DNA of 64,000 nucleotides, taken from an uncultured delta proteobacterium (GTDB lineage Bacteria > Desulfobacterota > Desulfobacteria > Desulfobacterales > JAHEIW01). Positions 47,652 to 57,161 of the stretch are shown piece by piece. The notes under the pieces were generated by a model. It did no database searches, had not been told where the DNA came from, and worked only from the letters and a program-made list of their open reading frames with translations. Where the stretch lies: assembly GCA_963706575.1 (NCBI GenBank), contig CAVPNL010000003.1:416001-480000 (forward strand), given 5' to 3'. The number at the start of each line of letters is the position of its first letter. Position 1 is the stretch's first letter. The translations under genes were made by a program, and so were the position numbers.

Positions 47652-48368
47652 ATGAGCCAAACGATTCTCGAAATCGATAATATAAAGGTCCGCTATTCCG
47701 GTCTGCCGGTGCTGCAGGGTATTTCCTTGAAGGTAGATGCCGGAGAAACCGTATGCGTGCTGGGCTCCAACGGTGCCGGCAAATCGACCCTTATCCGGGC
47801 GATAATGGGCACCCAGCCCGCCTTTGAGGGTCGTATTCTTTTCAATGGGCGGCAAATCCAAAAGCTGAGAACCGAAGAAATTGTGCGTATGGGAATTGTC
47901 TGTGTGCCTGAAGAAAAAATGCTTTTCAGCCCGCTATCGGTAGAGGAGAACCTTTATCTGGGCGCGTACGTGCTCAATGACCCGCAACAAATACAACAAA
48001 ATCTAGCGTTCGTTTATGAACTCTTTCCAGCTCTCGAGCAGCGCCGCAAACAACCGGCATCCACTCTGTCCGGCGGCGAGCAGCAAATGGTGGCCATCGG
48101 CCGCGGCCTGATGTCCAGACCCCACATTCTGATGCTGGACGAACCCTCCCTGGGTCTGGCACCGCTTCTGGTAGATGAAGTTCTGGATACCGTCCGGAAG
48201 CTTAAAGAAGAAGGCCTTACCGTCCTGCTGGTCGAACAAAACGTTCGTGAGGCCCTGGATCTTGCCGATCGCGGGTATGTCCTTCAGACGGGTCGAATTG
48301 TCGGTGAGGGCTCCGGAAAGGAGCTTTTAGAAAGTGATATGTTCAGGGAAGCTTTCTTAGGAATTTAA
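47652..48368 (+). CDS. Liv-type ABC ATP-binding protein (LivF-like)
   Basis: GSNGAGKST, LSGGEQQM and DEPSLGLAP motifs. Confidence 0.93.
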   Translation: MSQTILEIDNIKVRYSGLPVLQGISLKVDAGETVCVLGSNGAGKSTLIRAIMGTQPAFEGRILFNGRQIQKLRTEEIVRMGIVCVPEEKMLFSPLSVEENLYLGAYVLNDPQQIQQNLAFVYELFPALEQRRKQPASTLSGGEQQMVAIGRGLMSRPHILMLDEPSLGLAPLLVDEVLDTVRKLKEEGLTVLLVEQNVREALDLADRGYVLQTGRIVGEGSGKELLESDMFREAFLGI

Positions 48369-49319
48369 CATCGTGCTAATGTGATTCACCTTGCGCCCTG
48401 TTTTATCTATCGCGCGATACGCCTCTTCCAGAGATACAGCTGCAAATTGGATATCATCTCCGGGCTTAATTTGTCCCAGCAAATGCAGATCGGCGCTTAT
48501 GATCGTTGCAATTTTGCGATATCCGCCGCTAACGGTTTCCCCCAGAATAATAATCGGTTTACCGTCACCCGGCACCTGAATTGATCCTGAAATCAAACCT
48601 TCGGATATGATGGATTCAGCGGTGTCAGCTTTTCTCTGAATTTCGGCCCCCTCCAGGCGGATCCCGCTACGATCGGACTGGGATGAAACCTTGTAAAGGG
48701 TCTGCGTTAAAGTCTGCTTGCCTTTGTTTGTAAAATCATTATCCTGCGGTCCCCATACAACCCGCAGTGTCCATGCGCTCGGATATTTCGGAATCCATTT
48801 AGATTTAAGCGAGCGTCCGGCCATCAACAGTTTCGCCTGGGGGGAATCGATGAATAAATAATCTCCCTTTCGCAGAGAGCGCCCCTCGATGCCGCCAAAG
48901 CCGGCGAAAAGGTTGGTTGACTGGCTGCCAAGTACGAACGGCGTCAATATACCGCCGCCAACAGCAATGTATGCGCGGCAACCGCTGCGGGGACCGATAA
49001 ATGATAGGATATCCCCCTCTTTGACAACATGGGAACACCACATTTCCAAGGGTTGCTTGTTGACCTGCAATTGCAAATCAGCACCGGTGACGGCAACACA
49101 AACATCGGTTAGCGCCCTTAATTGCAGCCCCATTAAGGTGGTCTCCAAACACGCAAAACTTTCTGAATTATCAACCAGCCGGTTGGCTATGCGCAATGAA
49201 AAAAAATCCAATGCGCCGCTGGCGGGCACACCATAATGGCCATATCCAAATCTGCCGAGGTCCTGGATGGTGGTCTGGAGTCCGGGAGATAGGACTTCAA
49301 TGCTTCTTACGGCAGCCAT
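48357..49319 (-). CDS. pxpC: 5-oxoprolinase subunit C (KipA/AHS2 family)
   Basis: TTIQDLGRFG, G.R.YIAV.GG, SDRSGIRL, GSIQVP.DG and GGY.KIA motifs. Confidence 0.9.
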   Translation of the reverse strand: MAAVRSIEVLSPGLQTTIQDLGRFGYGHYGVPASGALDFFSLRIANRLVDNSESFACLETTLMGLQLRALTDVCVAVTGADLQLQVNKQPLEMWCSHVVKEGDILSFIGPRSGCRAYIAVGGGILTPFVLGSQSTNLFAGFGGIEGRSLRKGDYLFIDSPQAKLLMAGRSLKSKWIPKYPSAWTLRVVWGPQDNDFTNKGKQTLTQTLYKVSSQSDRSGIRLEGAEIQRKADTAESIISEGLISGSIQVPGDGKPIIILGETVSGGYRKIATIISADLHLLGQIKPGDDIQFAAVSLEEAYRAIDKTGRKVNHISTMLNS

Positions 49320-49321
49320 CT

Positions 49322-49993
49322 TCAGATCTCCTTGGCCGTTATGGTATAAAATTTAACCTGATCTCCCATCGCTAAAAAAGAAGGCGGGGTTTTTTGAGGA
49401 TCAAATAATCGAATCGGCGTTCTGCCGATGATTTGCCAGCCCCCCGGGCTTGTCACCGGATAAATTCCGGTTTGTTTTTGGGCGATTCCAACCGAGCCCT
49501 GCATAACATGAGTTCGCGGCGTTTCTCGACGTGGTGTCACCAGTGAATCCACCACTTCTCCCATATACGGATATCCCGGCATGAAACCGATCATATACAC
49601 CTGATAGGTCGGTTGGATGTGCAGACGAATAACCTCTTCGGGCGTCATCTTCAGGTAACTGGCAACCCACTCCAGATCCGGCCCGAATTCATCGCCATAA
49701 ACGACCGGAATTTCTACGATGCGGGGGCTGGGCAGGTGGGCGTCATCCACCGTATCCCAGATGCCCATAATCTGAGATTTCAAAGAACTCAACGAACTGA
49801 TAAGCGGATCATAAACCACCATCAGCGATCGATATCCGGGAACCAGCTCCTTTATTCCTTTAAGGTTGCGGCCTTCTATCCCGATAAAAAGTGCGCGTAC
49901 TTTTTGGTTAATCTGCCGACTGATCCCATCGCCCAGTTCAACAAGAAGGCCGCGGTCTCCCATAATTCGAAATCTGGGTTTGCTGTATAGCAT
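49322..49993 (-). CDS. pxpB: 5-oxoprolinase subunit B (KipI/AHS1 family)
   Basis: IPVVYG..FGPDL, GFMPGYPY and SPGGWQIIGRT motifs; start set at ATG 49993. Confidence 0.9.
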   Translation of the reverse strand: MLYSKPRFRIMGDRGLLVELGDGISRQINQKVRALFIGIEGRNLKGIKELVPGYRSLMVVYDPLISSLSSLKSQIMGIWDTVDDAHLPSPRIVEIPVVYGDEFGPDLEWVASYLKMTPEEVIRLHIQPTYQVYMIGFMPGYPYMGEVVDSLVTPRRETPRTHVMQGSVGIAQKQTGIYPVTSPGGWQIIGRTPIRLFDPQKTPPSFLAMGDQVKFYTITAKEI

Positions 49994-50000
49994 AATGGTT

Positions 50001-50783
50001 TCACAGAAATGTTGCCGGTGGTGTAATCTCCACGCTTGCTTCCTCCAGAGATTTACGGATGTTTCTAACCAGTTCCAGAGCTGCCGGGTTGTCCCCATGC
50101 ACGCAAATAGTCTCAGCCGAGAGTTCAATCTCCGTTCCGTCGATGCAAACGACTTTGCCCTCTTTGACCAATTTTAGAACCTTTTCTGCGACCTGTTTAT
50201 GATCGTGAATCACCGCACCCGGCAATTTCCGGGAAACCAATGACCCATCGGGGTTGTAAGCGCGATCACCAAAAAATTCAAAGGCAATGCGAATTCCGTG
50301 TTTAGCGCCAATCGCCTTCAGATCTTCCCGCCATGGACCGGCCAGTACGAACAGTATCAGTTCCGGGTCAACTGCTGCTATGACTTCAGCAACGGCATCC
50401 CAGATTTCCATGTTTTTGACCGCCATCGTGTACAGGGCCCCATGCGGCTTTACATGTTGCAGCTCCATCCCCTGAACGGTTGCAAATGCCTTCAGGGCAC
50501 CGATCTGATAGGTGACATAATCTTTGATCTCATCCAGGGAGGCATCGATATTTCGACGCCCGAAAGCGATCAAATCCGGAAACCCCGGATGGGCGCCCGC
50601 TGCCACGCCATGTTCTTTCGCAATCGCAATGGTGTGCCGCATGACGTGGGGATCGCTGGCATGAAAGCCGCAGGCAATATTGGCTGAGCTGATCAAGGGA
50701 ATAACATCTTCATCCATCCCCAGCTTATAATTCCCGAAACTCTCCCCCACATCTGAATTCATATCAATTTTGTTAACCGGCAT
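50001..50783 (-). CDS. pxpA: 5-oxoprolinase subunit A (LamB/YcsF family)
   Basis: DMNSDVGESFG, SANIACGFHA, HVKPHGALY and TICVHGD motifs; ATG 50783 after GGAGGT. Confidence 0.93.
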   Translation of the reverse strand: MPVNKIDMNSDVGESFGNYKLGMDEDVIPLISSANIACGFHASDPHVMRHTIAIAKEHGVAAGAHPGFPDLIAFGRRNIDASLDEIKDYVTYQIGALKAFATVQGMELQHVKPHGALYTMAVKNMEIWDAVAEVIAAVDPELILFVLAGPWREDLKAIGAKHGIRIAFEFFGDRAYNPDGSLVSRKLPGAVIHDHKQVAEKVLKLVKEGKVVCIDGTEIELSAETICVHGDNPAALELVRNIRKSLEEASVEITPPATFL

Positions 50784-50985
50784 CGTCGCTACCTCCCGTG
50801 CGTCCAAATTTTAAGTGAGTCGAAACAACCGTTAAGCATCCTAGCATATGCCATAAATCAATGGGTATTACAAAGTAAAAAAATATGAACAATTGACATC
50901 GTACACCTGATTTGATTTGAATATATTTCTTCAATCGCTGGAAAATCGATGAGCACCTAACACCGATAAAGGTAAAGGTTTTAGA

Positions 50986-52278
50986 TTGAATCCTGCTTCG
51001 GAAAATTCAGCAACAGATCCCCATCGCTGGGTCGTCTTCGGCGCCTTGGCCGCGGTCTATTTTTTTGTTCTTTTTCACCGCGTTTCAACATCGGTGGTTG
51101 CCCCGGATCTCATCGTTTCTTTTCAAACCAATGCAACCGCTCTGGGGCTCATGTCGTCCATGTATTTTTATGCATATGCTCTGGAGCAACCGCTGGTCGG
51201 ATATCTGGCTGATCGCCTGGGGCCCAGACGGGTTGTCGGGCTTTGGTCTTTAGTCGCAGTGCTGGGATGTGTCCTTTTTGGCTTGGCCCCATCCATCACC
51301 TGGGCTGCAATCGGCCGCGGATTCATTGGTTTCGGCGTTGGCGGTGTCTATGTGCCGGCCTTAAAAGCATTTTCTCAATGGTTCCGCCAAAAAGAATTTA
51401 CCACCATGACCGGGTTGCTAATGGCAATCGGCAATACGGGTGCCATCGTGGCAACCACACCTTTGGCTTTGTCTTCAAAGGCATTTGGCTGGCGAATGAG
51501 TTTTTTTTTGATTGCCGCAATCACGCTCTCACTGGCGCTTGTTGTTTTGTTATTCACCCGGGATTATGATTCGGCCGTTGGCAATGAGAAAAACCATGCC
51601 GGCCAGCCGTATGGGAAGTCCGCCATGTCCCGCAAGCAGATCCGATTCATCTTAACTTCGATTAAATTTTGGGTACTGTTCGTTGTTTTTTTCGGCATCT
51701 ACGGGATCTTTGTAACCCTTCAGGGCCTGTGGGCGACGCCTTACCTGATGTCGGTGCTGCATGCAGATCGCCTGCAGGCGAGTCAGTTGAATATGGTGCT
51801 GCCGGTCGGCTTTATAATGGGTGCCCCGCTTTATGGATGGATTGCCGATCGGTTTCACACCAAAAAACGGCAACTTTTCATCGGGCTGCTGACAGCTATT
51901 GCATTCCTCTGGCTGATACTTTCCCTGCGGGCTCAAACCCTAAGCGTAAAGGAACTGGTGGTTTTGTTTTTCTTGATGGGCGCCATGACCGGCGGCTGGC
52001 TTTCTGTTTTGTGGGCATTGGTCAGAGAGAGTACTTCGGCGGACACCATGGGTTTTATCTCGGGGGTGATGAATCCTGCCCCATTTTTCGGGATTGCGGT
52101 CTTCCAGGTCCTGACGGGCGCCGTTTTAGATCATGTGGGGTCCATCAATGGCGCTTATCCGCCCGAGGCTTTCCAGATGGCATTCTGGGTGTGTACCTTG
52201 ACGGCCGCAGGTTGCCTGTTGTTGAGCTTTATTATCATAATTCAGCGGGCCTCAAATCCAACTCCTGGGATTAATTAA
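50986..52278 (+). CDS. MFS transporter
   Basis: About 12 hydrophobic segments; GYLADRLGPR and GWIADRF motifs. Confidence 0.9.
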   Translation: MNPASENSATDPHRWVVFGALAAVYFFVLFHRVSTSVVAPDLIVSFQTNATALGLMSSMYFYAYALEQPLVGYLADRLGPRRVVGLWSLVAVLGCVLFGLAPSITWAAIGRGFIGFGVGGVYVPALKAFSQWFRQKEFTTMTGLLMAIGNTGAIVATTPLALSSKAFGWRMSFFLIAAITLSLALVVLLFTRDYDSAVGNEKNHAGQPYGKSAMSRKQIRFILTSIKFWVLFVVFFGIYGIFVTLQGLWATPYLMSVLHADRLQASQLNMVLPVGFIMGAPLYGWIADRFHTKKRQLFIGLLTAIAFLWLILSLRAQTLSVKELVVLFFLMGAMTGGWLSVLWALVRESTSADTMGFISGVMNPAPFFGIAVFQVLTGAVLDHVGSINGAYPPEAFQMAFWVCTLTAAGCLLLSFIIIIQRASNPTPGIN

Positions 52279-52356
52279 AACCAGGAGCCCAATAGATTCG
52301 CTGTGAGCTTCCTCAAAATGCTCACCCCGCCTACTGAAAGACTGCGTTTTTCACAT

Positions 52357-52380
52357 ATCGCGACAGGATGTCGCTCCCAC
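52357..52380. repeat. Single REP-like arm (same family as 6618-6678)
   Basis: ATCGCGACAGGATGTCGCTCCCAC. Confidence 0.75.
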
Positions 52381-52458
52381 TGTTGACAACTCGTTGCGGG
52401 ATCCCGCTCAACTGGAAAATAATAAGCGCTATCTACAATTTTAGAAATGGCTTCTAAC

Positions 52459-52489
52459 AAAAAAGGGAGCCGGCTGCTGCCTGCTCCCT
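52459..52489 (-). terminator. Intrinsic terminator of rplM-rpsI
   Basis: AGGGAGCaGGC-agca-GCCgGCTCCCT followed by a T run on minus strand. Confidence 0.8.
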
Positions 52490-52512
52490 CGCATACGCGA
52501 ATAAAATGCGTT

Positions 52513-52908
52513 TTAACGTTTTGAAAATTGAAACCGCGCCCGGGCCCCCTTTTGACCATATTTTTTTCTTTCTTTGACCCGCGGATCGCGTTTGACAAAC
52601 CCGGCTTTTTTCAGCGGAATTCTTAAATCCGGATCCGTCAATATGAGCGCCTTGGTAATACCGTGACGGACCGCTCCGGCCTGTCCGGCAATGCCACCGC
52701 CTTTGACACTGACTTTAACGTTAAAGGATCCGGTGGTATTGGTTAATTTAAACGGCTCCAGCAATTCGGTGCGTAATGTTTCAACCGGAAAGTACTCCTC
52801 GACGGGATGATTATTGATGCTGATTTCACCGTTTCCAGGTGTCAGCCACGTCCGGGCAATGGCGCTTTTTCGTTTTCCGGTAGCGTAATAAATGTTTTCT
52901 TTTTCCAT
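52513..52908 (-). CDS. rpsI: 30S ribosomal protein S9
   Basis: [17 protein letters not shown] and [17 protein letters not shown] motifs. Confidence 0.98.
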   Translation of the reverse strand: MEKENIYYATGKRKSAIARTWLTPGNGEISINNHPVEEYFPVETLRTELLEPFKLTNTTGSFNVKVSVKGGGIAGQAGAVRHGITKALILTDPDLRIPLKKAGFVKRDPRVKERKKYGQKGARARFQFSKR

Positions 52909-52950
52909 TGATTTCCTCAAAAGTTATAAATGATCGCTTGGGGAACTTTA

Positions 52951-53385
52951 TTAAATTTCTATAATTTCAGGCTGTTGGGCCTCATGCGGATGGGCGTTTC
53001 CGGTGTACACTTTCAGCTTTTTAAACAGCCGCCGTCCGAGTCTGTTTTTGGGCAGCATCCCCTTAACTGCGAAGCGCACAAGCTCTTCCGGCTTTTTTTC
53101 CAGAAGCTCTTTTGCAGTCATCTGCTTAAGGCCGCCGATATATCCGCTGTGACGGTAATACATTTTCTGATCCATTTTTCGGCCGGTCAGGGCAATTTTT
53201 TCAGCATTGATGACGATCACCCAATCACCGGTGTCCGCGTGGGGCGTAAACTTGGGGTTATGTTTGCCTCGCAATCTATGGGCCACCTGGGAAGCCAGTC
53301 GGCCAAGCACAGCCCCATTTGCGTCGACAACGTACCACTTCTGCGGATTATCAGAACTTTTTGCGCTAGATGTATATTTTTTCAC
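52951..53385 (-). CDS. rplM: 50S ribosomal protein L13
   Basis: [28 protein letters not shown] and HPHEAQQP motifs. Confidence 0.98.
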   Translation of the reverse strand: MKKYTSSAKSSDNPQKWYVVDANGAVLGRLASQVAHRLRGKHNPKFTPHADTGDWVIVINAEKIALTGRKMDQKMYYRHSGYIGGLKQMTAKELLEKKPEELVRFAVKGMLPKNRLGRRLFKKLKVYTGNAHPHEAQQPEIIEI

Positions 53386-53425
53386 CTCAGTGAGCTCCTA
53401 ACTCCTCATATTGAATAATCCAGCG

Positions 53426-53454
53426 AATTTAGAAAAAATCTCACATGATGTCAA
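53426..53454 (-). promoter_or_regulatory. Putative sigma70 promoter of rplM-rpsI
   Basis: TTGACA-17 nt-TAAATT on minus strand. Confidence 0.6.
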
Positions 53455-53593
53455 GAAAAAAATGGGGCCGATCCTTTACAATTCGACAATTCTGCTATTA
53501 TTATCTAAAATAACTTAAAATCAGTTTTTCTTTTGACATGCCGGCTGGCCCGATCTATTTTGGACACCAATCGAAAAATTGGATAAACGGAAA

Positions 53594-54244
53594 ATGGAAC
53601 AGCTTGAAATAGAGGTAAAATTTTATCTGCCAGACATTGAGCGTATGCAGGAGCGCATTTTGGCGCTGGGCGCCGAATCGAAGGGTCGAGTCTTCGAGAA
53701 CAATGTTCGCTATGAAGATAAAAACCACACCCTGTTCAAAAAAAAATCGCTTCTACGCTTGCGCCGGGATGCAAAAACGATTCTAACATTTAAATCCAGT
53801 CCGCCGCTTGCCAGCTCGGAATTTAAAGTCTTCAATGAGCTGGAGGTCGAAATCAGCGATTTTGAAACCATGAATCGAATTCTGGTGGAGGTGGGGCTCC
53901 ACCCTGAACAAATTTACGAAAAATGGCGCGAGACCCTTATCCTGGATCAGACAGGATTTTATCTGGATACCATGCCTTATGGAACGTTTTTAGAGATCGA
54001 GGGTGCCGAAAAAGATATCCGCACCCATGCTGCCAGTCTCGGTTTTAATTGGCAAAAGCGCATTTTGCTGAATTATCTTGAAATATTTGAAATTATTCGA
54101 CAAACGCTAAGTCTGGGCTTCAAGGACCTCACCTTCAAAAACTTTGAAAATATCAGGGTCGACATGGCAGCGTTTTTAGGTAAGTTGGAAGCGGGCGATC
54201 GGGAGGCCAGGACCGGTTTCAGGTGTCAGAATTCGCAGCGCTGA
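53594..54244 (+). CDS. CYTH domain protein (class IV adenylate cyclase-like)
   Basis: EIEVK, LRLR, LTFK, YEKWRE and FLEIE motifs. Confidence 0.88.
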   Translation: MEQLEIEVKFYLPDIERMQERILALGAESKGRVFENNVRYEDKNHTLFKKKSLLRLRRDAKTILTFKSSPPLASSEFKVFNELEVEISDFETMNRILVEVGLHPEQIYEKWRETLILDQTGFYLDTMPYGTFLEIEGAEKDIRTHAASLGFNWQKRILLNYLEIFEIIRQTLSLGFKDLTFKNFENIRVDMAAFLGKLEAGDREARTGFRCQNSQR

Positions 54245-54269
54245 CACCTGAACACTGACACCTGAAACC
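54215..54269. repeat. Inverted heptamer array (GGTGTCA / TGACACC)
   Basis: ggtttcaggtgtcag ... ctgacacctgaacactgacacctgaaacc; contains the CYTH stop. Confidence 0.85.
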
Positions 54270-54288
54270 TTTCGTTTGATTTCGGTTT

Positions 54289-55278
54289 TTAAAAAACAGA
54301 CGGCATGCTATTTAAGGAATTCGATGCTTCTCCACCTTCAGCGTTTTCACCGCTTGGCGGCCGGGTCGAAGGCGTTTCCTCTGAAGCTGTTTGGGTAGAT
54401 GGCGTAACCGCTGAACGAACCGGCACCGGGGGCAAATTGACCGAAAAATCCTGCTCCAATAACAACTCGCCGGTGTTGGTAAAAACATAGACGGCGGCAG
54501 TTTGGAACTGATCTGAATAATGGGGCGCCTTGGATGTTAAGTTCATGGTGCGAAACCGTTGTATTGCAAAACTTTTGCCTCTCTTTCCAGAAGGTTTGCC
54601 TCCGGCAAGACCCACCGCTGGCATCACCAACCATTGATCCATCTGAAGATCATCCCCCTTTAACACGACGACGATCCGGCCGGCGACTCGCTGTGGTGCC
54701 TTGCTGGTATTTTTTATTTTAAACTGTGCGCTTAGGTTATGATTGTCCGATTCACGCGCGACTTTAAAATTTTCCACAGCCACGCTGATAATTGGCTCAG
54801 TTTCATGCGTTTCAGCCGATGCGGGTTCGGATGGGGCGGCTTGCGGGACAGAGGATTTCGTTTCAACCGTCTTAACCGGTTTCGGTTTTGGCGCCACCTG
54901 CGGCGAGGGCGCTGTTGGTTGAGCGATCTTCGCTTTTTGCGGAATTTGGCTTTCCCCAGCAACGTTTTCTTTGGTCTTGGCTTCAGCCCGCACCAGGCGG
55001 GCCATTAAAATTTCCTTTTCGTGGCGCAGCTTCTCTATCTGTTTTTCCGAATTAGCGAAGCTTTTTTGCAGGTCGTTATTTTGATTAAGGGCCCCTTGAT
55101 TTTGAAAAAAAAGCACGACCGCAAAAACAACAGCGAGGAAAAATAAGGATCCAATCCCAATTACAATGGCCTTAAAATGCTTTAACGTGATCACATTGCC
55201 GTGATCACCGATAAATAAGAGCGTCCAGCGCCTGTCAGCACCCGGGTGTTTTGAGTTTTTAGGTCTATTAATGTTCAT
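54289..55278 (-). CDS. Membrane-anchored hypothetical protein (TM, coiled coil, Pro-rich linker, beta-rich domain)
   Basis: Long ORF co-directional with neighbours; clear domain-like composition. Confidence 0.75.
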   Translation of the reverse strand: MNINRPKNSKHPGADRRWTLLFIGDHGNVITLKHFKAIVIGIGSLFFLAVVFAVVLFFQNQGALNQNNDLQKSFANSEKQIEKLRHEKEILMARLVRAEAKTKENVAGESQIPQKAKIAQPTAPSPQVAPKPKPVKTVETKSSVPQAAPSEPASAETHETEPIISVAVENFKVARESDNHNLSAQFKIKNTSKAPQRVAGRIVVVLKGDDLQMDQWLVMPAVGLAGGKPSGKRGKSFAIQRFRTMNLTSKAPHYSDQFQTAAVYVFTNTGELLLEQDFSVNLPPVPVRSAVTPSTQTASEETPSTRPPSGENAEGGEASNSLNSMPSVF

Positions 55279-55288
55279 GGTTAATGGT

Positions 55289-56092
55289 TTATGATAGTGT
55301 TAGCCGTACGGGATCTCCCTTTTGAGCCTTCAAGTTCTCTTTGGCATTACCACCGTTTACGGCAATTTCTAAATAGTTGCGACTGCCAATTAGCGCCAGC
55401 GGCGCTGCCGGCGCTGCGTCCGAGTACGTACCGGACAGGCCGGAAATTACAAAAGCGCCGATGTGAATTTGCGGCTGTTCTAAAACGCTCGTCTGGCAAA
55501 AAGTAGCCAGGCTGATTGAATCAATATTGGTTATTAGATTGCCGAAATGATCAATCGATACGATCTTTCCGATAAGTTGGCCAGTTTGCGAAATACGGCA
55601 ATTCAGGTCCTTGATCCGGACGATATCCTTAACATCTGTTCTGGCACCAAGCGCATCCAGTTTCGTCCCACAGCTCAGATGTGCACCGACCGCTGCAAAA
55701 ATATCTCGCCCATGAAATGTGGAACTTAGCGGTTCTAAAAAATAATCTGAGTTGTCCACTCGGATAATCGTATCAGATTTTTCGGCATTCAGCAAAAGGG
55801 TTAAAACACCATTATCCGGGGCAATAAAGAAATGTTCTCGGTGGCTGAGGGCCAGAATGCTGCGCTGGCTTCCTACGCCCGGATCAACGACCACAATATG
55901 GACCGTCCCTTCCGGGAAAAAATGATAATACGACGGTATCAGATAAGCGGCCTGATGAATATCCTGGGGTGCTATCTGGTGCGTGATATCAACAATTGAC
56001 ACCGCAGGGCAGATTGAGAGCATAACACCTTTCATAACCCCAACGTATTCGTCATCGGCGCCAAAATCCGATAAAATGGAAATCACAGCCAT
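55289..56092 (-). CDS. SAM-dependent hydroxide adenosyltransferase / chlorinase-fluorinase family (DUF62)
   Basis: SDFG..D.YVG.MKG, VVDPGVG, APDNG, TFHGRDIFA and DHFGN motifs. Confidence 0.92.
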   Translation of the reverse strand: MAVISILSDFGADDEYVGVMKGVMLSICPAVSIVDITHQIAPQDIHQAAYLIPSYYHFFPEGTVHIVVVDPGVGSQRSILALSHREHFFIAPDNGVLTLLLNAEKSDTIIRVDNSDYFLEPLSSTFHGRDIFAAVGAHLSCGTKLDALGARTDVKDIVRIKDLNCRISQTGQLIGKIVSIDHFGNLITNIDSISLATFCQTSVLEQPQIHIGAFVISGLSGTYSDAAPAAPLALIGSRNYLEIAVNGGNAKENLKAQKGDPVRLTLS

Positions 56093-56100
56093 AGCATAGT

Positions 56101-57144
56101 TTAGCTAAACAGCTTACCTTGCACTCGAAATCCCAGATGTTTGTATGCAGCCTCGGAGGCTTTTCTGCCGGATGAGGTCCGCAAAATAAAACCGATCTTC
56201 AATAAATAAGGCTCGACAACATCCACCAGCGTATCAGATTCTTCCTGTAAAGTGGCTGCAATGGCCTCAATCCCGACTGGGCCACCGGTATAAAATTCGA
56301 TAATGGTTTTCAAATAACGGCGGTCAAGATCGGTCAGGCCTCTTTCATCAACCCCTTCCAATTCAAGAGCGCCTTTGACTGTCGATTGGGTGATGACGCC
56401 GTCGGCCCTTACCTGGCTAAAATCCCGAACGCGTTTAAGCAGTCGATTCACAATTCGGGGGGTCCCTCTGGACCGTCTGGCAAGTTCGACAGCGCCACTG
56501 GTATCAATTTTTACATTCAGCAAATGAGCTGAACGCTTGGCAATTTTAACGAGATCATCATCGTTGTAAAAATCAAGGCTTCTAAAAATAACAAAGCGAT
56601 CTCGCAAGGGCGCCGATAACAGCCCGACACGTGTCGTGGCGCCAACCAACGTAAAGCGCTTCAACCGATAACGATGGCTGCGGGCATGCACCCCTTTATC
56701 AAAAACGAAATCAATGGCGTAGTCCTCCATGGCCGGATACATAAATTCTTCAACCGCTTTGGGTGTCCGGTGGATTTCGTCGATAAACAGAATGTCGCCC
56801 TCTTCAAGATGGGTGAGAATTCCCACCAGATCGCCGCCCTTTTCAAGGGCAGGTCCGGAGGTTACCGTAAGGTTGCCCTGCATTTCATTGGCGATAATGT
56901 GAGCCAATGTTGTCTTCCCAAGACCCGGCGGGCCGTGAAATAAGACATGATCTATGGGTTCACCTCGCTCCGTAGCGGCCTGGATGGCGATTTTTAAAGT
57001 TTCAACGACCTCTTTCTGACCGACATATACCGAAAGCCGCTCCGGGCGTAATGAAAGGATTTCGGGCTCCTGATCTTCGGGCAAAACAGCTCGAGAGATA
57101 ACCTCTTGATTATCAGAAGAATATTTAATTACATCATCAGACAT
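56101..57144 (-). CDS. ruvB: Holliday junction helicase RuvB
   Basis: [22 protein letters not shown] and RGTPR motifs. Confidence 0.97.
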   Translation of the reverse strand: MSDDVIKYSSDNQEVISRAVLPEDQEPEILSLRPERLSVYVGQKEVVETLKIAIQAATERGEPIDHVLFHGPPGLGKTTLAHIIANEMQGNLTVTSGPALEKGGDLVGILTHLEEGDILFIDEIHRTPKAVEEFMYPAMEDYAIDFVFDKGVHARSHRYRLKRFTLVGATTRVGLLSAPLRDRFVIFRSLDFYNDDDLVKIAKRSAHLLNVKIDTSGAVELARRSRGTPRIVNRLLKRVRDFSQVRADGVITQSTVKGALELEGVDERGLTDLDRRYLKTIIEFYTGGPVGIEAIAATLQEESDTLVDVVEPYLLKIGFILRTSSGRKASEAAYKHLGFRVQGKLFS

Positions 57145-57161
57145 GTCCGCTCCAAGTGGCT

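Noticed and set aside
55289..56092. Fluorinase/chlorinase natural-product function
   Set aside because: The TFHGRD motif and housekeeping context fit the widespread DUF62 SAM hydrolase; no biosynthetic cluster nearby
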